From NCBI RefSeq assembly GCF_052425735.1, contig NC_135765.1, forward strand, positions 7,068,001-7,132,000: a stretch of DNA of 64,000 bases, in the 5' to 3' direction. This stretch comes from Oculina patagonica. Its lineage: Eukaryota. Positions 1-10,266 of this stretch are shown here, piece after piece (within the stretch, counting starts at the first letter, position 1; each line of letters begins with the position of its first letter). The notes beneath the pieces are model-generated. The model worked only from the letters and a program-made list of their open reading frames with translations. It was not told the origin of the DNA and made no database searches. Made by a program: the position numbers and the translations under genes.

Positions 1-1756
1 CAAAAACAATGCAACCTGCATTAACAGTCACGTGGATTACAAGTGCGCGTGCAATTCATCAGGATGGACTGGAAACTACTGCGAGAAAGGTAAGAAGCCA
101 CTGCTAAAGGACTAATATGGGCAAATATTCTTACAACCTTTCGCGTAACACGTGCATTTGTGTCGTGTATGTTAAGCAAAATATTAATATTACATCTCAG
201 CGTTAGTGCGCTGGACTCTGGACCGAGAGGTCCGGGTTCAAGCCCTGGCCTTAGGCAAGACAATTTTCTCTCGTTGTGCCTTTTTTCACCAAGGTATATA
301 AATGGGTACCTGTGAACGACTCCTAGTCGCTTTCTGCTACTGAAACACATTGTCCTGACGCAGTTCTACTTCCGGGGATTACATCTTGCTCTTGTTTTTA
401 GACATTGATGAATGCACGGAAGGCTCTCACGGTTGCCATAGTGACGCAACTTGCCAGAATACTGCGGGCTCGTTCAAATGTACTTGCAAGGCAGGATTCC
501 TTGGAGACGGAGTAAATTGCGAGCCGAAAGGTAAATATAAGAGTACAAAGAGGGGCGCGCGGGTACGAGGCAGACACGGATCTCTTTTTGAGTCCATTAA
601 CCTTAGATGTTTCTCTCGCTTGTGGTAAATTAAGAACGTTCGCGCTAATTGTAAATACGCATCCTTACTGCTTATGTAATTTATGTAGCAACGTTATGCA
701 TCGAGCGCGCCAGCAACTTTTTGCCATACAAATCCTTATCTTAACTTCCAAACGTTAACTTTCAAACCACTATAAAATATCACGCTTGCACCGGCAATTT
801 TATTAACTTTATTATGCTCTTTTCATTTCTGGCAACGATTTTGTACTACTACCTACTTTTTATGATTGAGGTCACATGAAGTGGTCACATGACCGCGTGA
901 TGCTTAACAAAAATCTCAGAGCAGGTTATATTTCAGACGAATGACCCTAAACGGTCGAGTGGCTGTTTCTTTATGCTTCTGTATAGGAAATTTATCAAAC
1001 TTAGATAGACGGATATTAAAATACTCTGGCTTGTTTGGCGCGGTGGCCTAATGGTTAGCGCGCTGGACTCCGGATCGAGCGGTCCGGGTTTGAGCCCTGA
1101 CTGAGGTCATTGTGTTGTGTTCTTGGGCAAGACACTTAACTTTTATAGTGCCTCTCTCCACCCTGGTGTTTAAATGGGTACCGGCGAACTAATGCTGAAG
1201 GTAACTCTGAGATGGACTAGCATTCCATCCAGCGGGGAGTAAAAATACTCCTTGTCACTTTATGCTACAGAAACCGGGATAAGCTCCGGCCTTTATGAGC
1301 CACTTGGCTCGACGCAAACTTTACCTTTTAAGATTGGTGGATATAAAATAATCAGGCTCATGTATCAGGCTACCTTTTTTTGTTTAATCAGAATGTAAAG
1401 TCTATGGAACTCTGACCAGTAGGACAAGAAAAACCACCTACAAGTCAAGCAATTTTCATTCATGCGACGACTCCCTCGGACCTGGTTGGTTTCGTTTCCA
1501 AGGAGCAGCAGGCACAAAGATGCCTACATCGTGTGTTGTCCATGAAAGATGCGGCACGAAACGACCTGGTTGGTTGAAAGGTGGTCACCCGTCTGTGGCA
1601 GATGGCAGAGTGACTAGGAAGGTCTGCTTTCGTAGCTTAAGCAAATGCTGTGAATTCTTCCTTTACATTCAAGTGAGGAACTGCGGTTCGTACTATGTTT
1701 ACCGCCTTAATGGAATTGCGAACGTATGTCCTGAAGCCTACTGTGGAACCGACTGA
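1..1756 (+). CDS. 3' part of a secreted EGF-like + D8C (uromodulin/GP2/OIT3-like) domain protein; exons <1-89, 402-530, 1392-1756
   Basis: Exon <1-89 encodes an EGF repeat ([29 protein letters not shown]). Exon 402-530 encodes a calcium-binding EGF ([40 protein letters not shown]). Exon 1392-1756 encodes D8C ([24 protein letters not shown]...CGTKRPGWL...[12 protein letters not shown]...AYC). Both introns are GT-AG, phase 1; TGA at 1754-1756. The 5' end lies outside the window. Confidence 0.9.
200..316 (+). mobile_element. Partial tRNA-derived SINE
   Basis: GTTAGTGCGCTGGACTCTGGACCGAGAGGTCCGGGTTCAAGCCCTGG aligns to the head of the copy at 1037-1329 and has a B-box-like GGTTCAAGCCC. Confidence 0.7.
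1037..1329 (+). mobile_element. Near full-length tRNA-derived SINE (family A)
   Basis: A-box TGGCCTAATGG and B-box GGTTTGAGCCC, body GATGGACTAGCATTCCATCCAG, tail CTTTACCTTTTA. Related pieces at ~16020-16390 (-), ~30950-31200, ~33330-33465 and ~34990-35210 (-). Confidence 0.85.
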
Positions 1757-1766
1757 CTCACTGTAA

Positions 1767-2269
1767 TAGAGCGGTATTCAATTGAGTGTCGAGAAACCAA
1801 GACAAGCCCCTCCCAAGGAGAGTCTATTTTCCCGTGTTCCCAAAAAATGTCCATTGTGTTATCTTGTTCCCTGAAAGTATATTGTTGATTTTTTTTATCC
1901 CTATTCCCTAGAATATCTGAAACACAGCTTTTGTTCTCGTGTTACCAGCTTTATTTTCCTTTTGTTCCCTTGTTCCCAATTATTTGATGGCCATGTTTTC
2001 TTGTTTCCTGAAAGCCCTGGGAGGGGCTCCAAGACCTTAGTTATCACTCTGGCCAATCACAGAGGACACGGTCAACTCAGTGAACCAATCAAAACTCGAT
2101 GCAAATACATGTAGCCGCCGCGGAGCGCGGGAAAACGTGTGCGAGCGAGTCACGATTGGTTTTGGATGAAAAAGACGCAGGAGTTTTTTAACCAATCACT
2201 TCTTAGCGTAGTAATGCAAAACCAAAACAAACGTGAATTACTTTCGACATTCAATTGACAACCGTTCTA
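1767..2269. mobile_element. MITE with TIRs, carrying a nested MITE at 1805-2028
   Basis: Outer TIR TAGAGCGGTATTCAATTGAGTGTCGA / TCGACATTCAATTGACAACCGTTCTA. Inner TIR AGCCCCTCCCA / TGGGAGGGGCT, flanked by duplicated CCAAGAC (1797-1803, 2029-2035). Confidence 0.8.
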
Positions 2270-2531
2270 ATAGGCGCTGTGGGGGGAGGGGAGGGGGTTG
2301 GTTTTGGTGATGGTTACCAGCCCCCTTTGGGTTTTTTGATTAATTTTGAAAAGGGGTAGTAAGGTTGTGAGGTGACAGATGTTTGACAGTTTTTGTTGTT
2401 GCCATACAAATAGTAAATTCTGACTACACTAACACGAGACTTTCTATGTGAAGAGTTTATTGAGGAGGCGTCAGTCAGTCATCTGATGCAAAAAAAGAAA
2501 AATGTATCCTGATTACAATCTTGAATCGTGC

Positions 2532-5500
2532 AAAAAAAACAACAGTTGGTTCTAAGAGTATTAAGGGGTGTGCTACGCCAGATACGAAAAACCACTAAAA
2601 ACCACCCTTAAGATGTGGCCAAGAATATGTGGAAACGTATTCCTCATCTAATGCAGCAGCACGAGACCCCGAGGAAAGGGCACAACTAAATAAGCCAGAA
2701 AATTTTACGATAGACTATTTACAAAAGCTGTACAAACAACACTTAAAAGAAATCAAAGTGCCCGTTGGGCTGTCTCGTGTTACAGATCAGTAAAGTAGCA
2801 CCCGTTGCTAACAATCATATAAGCTCAGAAAAACCATCTCCGGATTCTACAATATTAATTCTCAAATTTCATTCTCAAGCATTTGCAACAGCTTGTGCTA
2901 TACCAGCATCGCACCATGTGCCCTTTCTTCACATTCTACTCAAATAGTCAAACCTGTCCAACTGTCCTTCCAAAAACTCAACAAAATCTTCGCAATGATT
3001 TCTAAGGTATTCAACAAAATATTCTATTTTACATAACTTGTTCAAAAATCACAACTCCGTCGTGCGCCACTAGTGAGCATATGAAAAAATTAAGGTCAAT
3101 ATTCAACAACTACTTCTGCTTTGCCGCTTAAAGACCGATGATAGCTTCCAATATGTAAAAGAAGTGTTCTATATACACCTCTGCACAAACATGTTACCCT
3201 ACCGTTCACTCACCTTGCAACTAAAATTATTCTCAGTGAAAATAAACTAGAACTGTGCATGAAAAGCCCTCAGTCACATATAATAACCTTGATTAAATTA
3301 TTAATTCTCAATACGCTTTTTAGAACTTCCAGCGCAACTTGTTGATACAGCTACCTAAATAGTAAGACATAAGTACACTGAACAAAGCAAATTTGTTTCC
3401 CGTTTCGCAGATAACGATATTCGCACTTCCCTTAATGGTTTTATTCTGTATCTACCGCGTATTCAATATACTGCTTTCCTATTATGGCCTGAATGAAGTT
3501 TAAACAACCTACCAAAACGCAAAATGAGATACCACTTCATTTTTCTGTTTGCGTGATAAATTCACTTAATATTCTCCTTTTGACACATCATTTGACATAT
3601 CTGAAAAGTGCTCTGGCGCCAACAACCCTCGACCCGATTGTACACTACCCCCCGACTACCCACTACACAGTATCTTCGACAGATGTTGCCCGAACATTCA
3701 GTCTTTGTTTAGCAAGAACGTCACCTGACACTACACTTGAAATCTAAAGCCGAAGTGGTGAAAAGCAAAGCAAATTAGTTTCCTGAGAAGGTTTTTCGAC
3801 GTAATTTGCTTCTCACTTCTTTCTAATGGGGATCTGTTTTATCTGGAGGCATTATGTATTAAATAGAGCCGTAAGATTGTGGCCAAGGAAATGTCTAGAG
3901 GTCATTGCATTCATAGTCTGCGCTGCGTGGTTTCCTGTTTGTTTCACACTTCTTTGCCACATGTTTTGCTAGTTTAGTTTGTTTTTGCTCAAGTCTATTT
4001 GTAAAATACGCTTTAAACTCTCGAAATTTACGCCGTGGAAGGACGAGGTATATGTTTCGTGAAAACGTTGATTACTTGCATTTTGTTGATACTGTTGCAA
4101 GATGTATTGTGTATTATCACTTAATATATCTTGGTCCAGCTTCGCAAGTGACAACCGGAAATGAATTTGATTGCTTGACGCTTAAAAGACTTTATCTCTG
4201 GTCCTCTTCGTGCCAAATTTCGAGTTCAGTGCTCGCCTCATTTCATCCCAGACCTTTCGTGCTTCTCTGCTCTTCAGGCGATCGAAATTATCAGCCCAAA
4301 GACGAATTGGCATTTTCTGATCATCGTCGGACCCATTTGTCGTAAGTTCTCTTTGCCGGTCCGGATTATGTTGTAGATGTACTTGCAACAGCAACGGGAC
4401 TCGTCGGGGAGCTCGTTATATCGCTCGATGGGCTCCCTGGCCTGCTTTGACTGCCTTCACCCACGTTTAACTGCGAATGCAGTTCATTCATAAAAGGGCC
4501 AAACTGCTGTTGCTGCTGCTGCTGCTGATCAAAAAAGTAACCGGATAAAATGGTGTTGAACTGAGAAAAAAGCCACCTCCATCCATGATCGAGTGTTCTA
4601 GCGAAGTTCCCGCGCTTTGTGATTGCGTGCGATCATGACCTTCAATGTCATTTCCCTGACAGGTTCTGTTATCACTGGAGACGGCCTCCCTTTGTTCGCC
4701 TTTTTTTTAAGTGGAGGTCGCACTTAAAAATCTCGCGTGTTGATAGATTTTCACCGCAAAGTAAACAAATTCTTCCAAAATTTTTTTTAGTGCGACCCGG
4801 CCCTAAGAAAAACAAACAAAAAGGAATTATGAATTTGACTTTGTGACCTTAGTAGTGTCTTCAAAATATCATATCACGTTCTGGAAAGCGTATACAATTA
4901 ACAAAGCAAAGCAAATTAATTTCCTGTTTCTCAGATAACGATAATCGCACTTCCCTTAATCCTTTTATTCTGTTTCTACACTATTCATAATACGCCCCTC
5001 CTATTCTTTACTGAATAAAGTTTAAAGAAACGAACAAAGCCGAAGATGAGATACCACATCAATATTTTTGTTTGCGTGGTAACTTCACTTAATATTCTCC
5101 TTTTGACACATCATTTGACATATCTGAAAACTGCTCTGACCTCAACAACCCTCGACCCTAACACGCACCAAAATGGCTTTCTTGTAACGCAAACAGAAAT
5201 TTAACAACAGCTTTTCAGCCAGCCGCATACTTTAACAATACCCACCGCAAATATAATATCAAAACACAAACCTACCGTAAAGATAAATTCATTTTCCATG
5301 TAAAAAACTACCTATTTAAGCAACATATGTGAGATAAAATCTCCTTATCAGATTTGGCGGTATTACTAAAGATGATACTTCATGTAATATATTACATTAT
5401 TCACATACCTTAGTAATCCAAACATTTACACCATGTCTCACACGTGTAAATAAGCACGTTTAAAACTCGACAAGAGAAAACGCGCAATACGAAGAACAGC

Positions 5501-5807
5501 ATCCCGATGCATCTTATCAGCAAAATGTATCTATGTAAATATGTCTATTTCTTACCTTGTTTCCTTGCTACTTTATCACTTCGTTACCTTACGAGAGGTC
5601 TTACACAAAGCACTATCCTGAGCTACCAAGTCCCCTCGGATAATCTCGTGTTACGTCACGGTCACGTCGTTCACGACGTGACCGCGACGTAACACGAGAC
5701 AAAAAGAAAAGCAAGCGAAGACGAGGACTGACGACCTAGAATGACCTATATATCCCGCCAAAAACTCATATATACCTACACGTCCCATAACAACCCGCGA
5801 ACCTCTC
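2532..5807. mobile_element. Unclassified ~3.3 kb insertion-like segment with 8-bp flanking direct repeats
   Basis: AATCGTGC at 2524-2531 and 5808-5815. Internal ~255-bp direct repeats at ~3381-3635 and ~4900-5158, a GC-rich hairpin at 5645-5698 and a disrupted Myb/SANT-like ORF. No TIRs seen. Confidence 0.45.
4150..4590 (-). pseudogene. Frameshifted Myb/SANT-like (trihelix) DNA-binding protein remnant, of the kind carried by PIF/Harbinger elements
   Basis: DDDQKMPIRLWADNFDRLKSREARKVWDEMRRALNSKFGTKRTRDK shows the Trp-spaced trihelix pattern. It is preceded, in another frame, by a Q/S-rich N-terminus (MDGGGFFSQF...QQQQ...SRPGSPSS) containing stops. Confidence 0.6.
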
Positions 5808-6134
5808 AATCGTGCCGTCACTGATAGTAATTTCTAACTAATTCATTCATTCAAATGTCAGAAATTACATTTTCGCATAATTGGTGCATTGTTATACTCC
5901 TTTATTTTGCATCGATTTGTGCTATTTTCTGACATCACGAGAAAGCAATAAAATCTAAGATGGTGAAGGTTATGACTTCACTATCAACAGTTTGATCTTG
6001 TAGAGCAAGCTACAGGTTTTAAAACATTATCCTTTTGGTATTATGAATTGTAAAAACTAATTGGGGCACATAAAAAAGAAGACCAAAAAAATAGATTTCA
6101 CCTTTACACGCGTGGTTTGGAATCTACATCAGCC

Positions 6135-6183
6135 TGAGCAGAGCAGAGTAGAGTAAATCAGAATAGAGCAGAGTAGAGCAGAG
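6135..6183. repeat. (AGAGY)n pentanucleotide microsatellite
   Basis: Tandem AGAGC/AGAGT units. Confidence 0.75.
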
Positions 6184-6458
6184 GGGCCTTGTATATTAAA
6201 ACATTGACTCGAGTGTAAGAAATTTACTGAAGTTCTTTAATTGCTAGGTGGATAAAACCTGTACATTATCAGCGTTTGCCGGGTAAGGAAGACGCTCATT
6301 GATACAGTTTAGTGTCACTAAAAATAAAGCTGACATATAGCTGTGTGCATTGCATCATTCTTTCTTTTTCGCACTAACAACGGTGTTCCTTTTCTTTTCT
6401 CAAAATCCACTCCAGTCGAGCAATCTGGTAATGACACTTCAGTTTAATATTCTACATA

Positions 6459-6953
6459 CCTTAATTGTTACTTATTTTCGCGGGACTTAATTTTCGCGAT
6501 TTTCGCGATTTCTAGACAAAAAATCGCGAAATTAAAGACCAGCGAAAAAAGGTTCTCGCGAAAAATAACGACGCGAACTTTAATACCCTTCTATATAATT
6601 CGTTATGATTAATCAACGTTGCCGTCAGTTTACTACATAATTATCTTGGTACAGTCGTCAAACTAGCTCTACTTTGTTACAAAGGAACATACCAAACTGT
6701 TTTAAGACGGTTTCGTCTCGTTATATGGTTCTGTTCAGTGTCATTGAAAACTATTGCTGTGGAAAATTATAATCAGTTGTGCTAATTTTGAGACTAACTG
6801 TTTGTTAATGCAGACCAATATTTTGACAATTTTCGCGAAATTTAGTTCCTTTAAAGGTATTTTTTTGGCCAAATCGCGAAAATAAAGTCCCGCGAAATAA
6901 GCCCGTTCCATTTTCGCGAAATTAAGTTCCCGCGAAAATAAGTAACAATAAGG
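6459..6953. mobile_element. Tc1/mariner-type MITE (TA TSD)
   Basis: TA|CCTTAATTGTTACTTATTTTCGCGGGA ... TCCCGCGAAAATAAGTAACAATAAGG|TA, with many internal TTTCGCG motifs. Same family as 40675-40822 and related to 23888-24302. Confidence 0.85.
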
Positions 6954-7514
6954 TACAACGACAACAACGCTTGACGCTAAAAATCTTGCAAACTACGTCA
7001 AGATGGCGTCGAAAACCGTGATAAGGAAAGGTCGCTTTTAGCCATCTTTTACACCAGCAAGGGGCAAAACATCGGTAACTTGTACATACTTTTTTTGTAA
7101 ACACGATTTCTAGAATCATTAGAATGGCTGGAATTGACAAAAACTTTTACCTCAACTGAAGCTGAAATAGCTAGAGTTTAACGAGCTAAAGCTCTTTCTG
7201 TTTTCTTTAAAAAAAAAATAAAGCAAATTGTAACATCAGAAATATCTCAGAAAATACATGACAGTACAGCTGAGCCCAAAATACTCCAATGCTCTGACAT
7301 TTGTTATAGTCACATTTTCATTTTTTATCGCGTTTCATTTTCTTTGTTTCAAAATACAAACATGTAAAAAACAATTTTAAAAACCTGTAGAGCTTAGACC
7401 ATGTCAAGAACTAATTTATGGCACAAATTATTAAAAAAAGCTAAACTAAAATAAAATAAGGATTCATTTTTGGTTCAGCTTCGGATCGAAAATTAGACGT
7501 TTTTCAAAAACGTC

Positions 7515-8645
7515 TTATGCTCTTGGAAGCATTTCGATATCGCTCACTCTTCCACGAGAAAGACCACCTTCCCTAGCCCCGTTTGAGTCGTCGTTCTTTT
7601 CTTTTACATATGGCTGTGTTCTGTCGCCTGTTGATCGCGGGTACCGCTCTGCCATCGCTTCGTACGCGTTGTTGACCAGGGAGAATGCATCGCTGTCTTC
7701 GTATTCTCGCCATGTGGTGTCAATGAAAGTGAGCTCAACTTTTTGCTTGCCTTCTTGTTGGACTCTTTCCTTGAACGCAGTAACTGCTGCTTGTGCTTGA
7801 AGATGCTGGTAATCTTCCAAGGACGGAAACGCTTCGTCGAATTTATTCACCGTGACGAGATCTTGATAAGCGTTTTTGAGTATGTCTGAGGGATTCTTTT
7901 GCTGCATCGTTGCGAAGTACAAATCTGCTCGTCTTTTCCCTTGCCCCTGGGCGAGCTTCTCCATGTTTTCTTTGAAAGCCTCAACTGCCGCTTCTGACTC
8001 GAGCTTTTGATAGGTATAAGGACTTGGCAACGAGCCGATTTCTCGCTGGAAACAGCATCGTTGAACCGAGACCACAACAAAGGCGATAATCAGTGCACCA
8101 CCGAGCAACAACAGGGCAGCTGCTTGCGAATTTTTTCCCGCATTCGCGTAGTCGGCTTCGATTTTCAATTTTTCCGCGACTGTAGCGTTGATTAACTTTG
8201 CTTCCTTTGTTCCTCCGAGAACAGCGCAGATAAAATAATCACGTTGCAAAAGGGCCCAGAAAATCCACATAAAGCCCGACAATGAACTCTGAAAGATGAT
8301 TTCCACGAGACTCTTGCTGCACGGCCAGCGAGGAAACAAGAAACAGCAGTACCGTTTAGCGCTTCGTCTTTCGTGTTCTTCGTAATAGCAGCATCCACGA
8401 ACAAGGTTCCAAAATCCGCTGTGAAGAAATATTGTCACAAGAAACATAAACAAGGCTGGAATTATAAAGAAACAGCTTGCGTAAAATGCAAAGCCATCTG
8501 GCGGACATTGGAAGAAATCTTCGCTTTGAACGACGGCGTTGATTCCAAATACGACAAGGGCTATGGTGGTGTTTCTGATTGCTCCAGAATGGCTTTGAAA
8601 AGCCGTCTTGAACGAGGTCATAAGCTTAGTCAAAGTAAACGCCAT
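7515..8645 (-). CDS. Calcium homeostasis modulator (CALHM)-family large-pore channel, intronless, 376 aa
   Basis: N-terminal amphipathic helix, TM1 followed by FQCP, TM2 YASCFFIIPALF, a Cys-rich loop, TM3 WIFWALLQRDYFICA (CALHM W..VALL.G.YY.CA pattern), TM4, then a long cytoplasmic helix. Confidence 0.85.
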   Translation of the reverse strand: MAFTLTKLMTSFKTAFQSHSGAIRNTTIALVVFGINAVVQSEDFFQCPPDGFAFYASCFFIIPALFMFLVTIFLHSGFWNLVRGCCYYEEHERRSAKRYCCFLFPRWPCSKSLVEIIFQSSLSGFMWIFWALLQRDYFICAVLGGTKEAKLINATVAEKLKIEADYANAGKNSQAAALLLLGGALIIAFVVVSVQRCCFQREIGSLPSPYTYQKLESEAAVEAFKENMEKLAQGQGKRRADLYFATMQQKNPSDILKNAYQDLVTVNKFDEAFPSLEDYQHLQAQAAVTAFKERVQQEGKQKVELTFIDTTWREYEDSDAFSLVNNAYEAMAERYPRSTGDRTQPYVKEKNDDSNGAREGGLSRGRVSDIEMLPRA

Positions 8646-9005
8646 TTTTGATTTGAATTGAATAGAATTTTCCTTGTTTTAATACGTCCGCGATCAAGCG
8701 TTGCTGACGGGTCATGCATAAATTAGCTGGCAGTATGCTAATAAGGTCAAGTCACGCCATGTTTCTGTTTTTCTCCTCTAAAATAAATGCAGATATGCAA
8801 CCTTAATTTTGAAAGCGAAGTGAAAAATTTGGATATTAAGAAGGAAACTTGCAGCCCTGATTTTAAAAATAGAAAACAAAAGGGTTCTAAAAATGGAAAA
8901 ATTCAGCTTTTATTATTAGAATGTATAAACTTGCATCTCATTTCTAGTCCCATTAACTTCAGTTTCACAAGAGCCTATATCTCAACTCAGTCGCATCCTT
9001 CCTTA

Positions 9006-9285
9006 AGGCCTGGCCAAACGTTGACTTGGATGACTTGCGTTCACTTTGGTCGAGATCAAATTTGCACGCAAGTTTTTTTACCGTTTGGCCACCCAACGCA
9101 AGTCAACGCAAGTTGTGCTGCTTTAATACTTCAAATACTGAATTGCAGCGCGCGCAGTTGCATTAAAATGGCTTTTTTGACAACTTGCGTGCACTTGCGA
9201 GTAAACTTGCGAGACCGTTTGGCCACTTAACACAAGTTTGTACGCAAGTACTTGCATCCTCTTGCGTTACCGTTTGGCCAGGGCT
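9006..9285. mobile_element. PIF/Harbinger-type MITE (ACTTGCG-rich family)
   Basis: TIR AGGCCTGGCCAAACG / CGTTTGGCCAGGGCT in a TTA/TAA context. Homologous copy at ~54030-54372. Confidence 0.8.
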
Positions 9286-10142
9286 TAACTCAGTGAACGA
9301 ATTACAATGCTTCTTTTTTTAAAAAATTCTTTATTTGTAATTACTATTCATAGAATTTTTATTTTCACATTTTGATGATCATTTATTGTAAACTTGTCAC
9401 GGCTTACAATCTGCATTACTGATTCAAAATTGTCGTCTGTAATTTGGTCGTTGAATAAACAATAACCTTTTATTTAAATAAATTTAAAATACAATTCCTT
9501 TGAGCTTTCAAAAAAATCTATATTTTTGGACGATTTTTGATATATTTGTAAAAATAGGGCCTGATGAAATAAATAGGGGAAAATATTAAAATTCGAATGT
9601 ATTTAAAATTACAGTAATAATTAATAAATGGGCACCAATTTCGCTCTTGTATTGTATCTCGCGTAACTGTAACATTTCTTTTTAACTTTCTCTTTTGATT
9701 TTTCCTGTTAGGTCAAGTAAAAAAAATGTTTCTCGTCCCGCCCGTTTCATTTTTTGGGGTGGCCACTCTCATTATTTGTTATTGGAAAAGTTGGAACAAA
9801 CAAATACCAACAGTCGTTACTTTCACTTTGTTACTTACTGTAGTTGAAAATTATGTAAGGGATAGCTTTTGCCTGCGTTTTTAATACGAAGTCAAGCCAA
9901 AATTTTAAAGCATTGGTACGCTACGTCCGTACTGGACAGCTCGATTACCTTGCAGGATTTATGGAGGAAAAGAAACATCGATATTCGAACAACACAGGTA
10001 AGGAATACAAAAAATAATAAATAACAAAATAACAAAAAGCGCCAGCCCGCTCTCTAATTTTCTAGAAATCCAGACGAGAAACATTGTTTTCCTTTTTACT
10101 TGGCCTTAAAGTTCATTAAGACTAGAAACGTCTTCGCTGGGG

Positions 10143-10266
10143 TCACTCAATAAGACAGTTATCAATGTGCTTGTTTATCTCCGCATTTTTAACGCCACTT
10201 GCAAACTTCACGCCACAAACAGGACAGCAAATTTCCTTCTTTTTGTCATCCGCGGGTTTCTCTGTC
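10143..10266 (-). CDS. Out-of-frame C-terminal UBZ4-type zinc finger of the SBNO-like gene
   Basis: The +1 frame after the A6 run (10272-10267) reads [40 protein letters not shown], matching the CPxC...INxHxDxCL UBZ4 consensus. Confidence 0.8.

Noticed and set aside
1037-1110. Possible tRNA genes (also 33827-33895)
   Set aside because: The A and B boxes run into SINE bodies and there is no proper cloverleaf.
8787-9230. 147-aa ORF upstream of CALHM
   Set aside because: It runs through AT-rich sequence into a MITE and has no recognisable domain.
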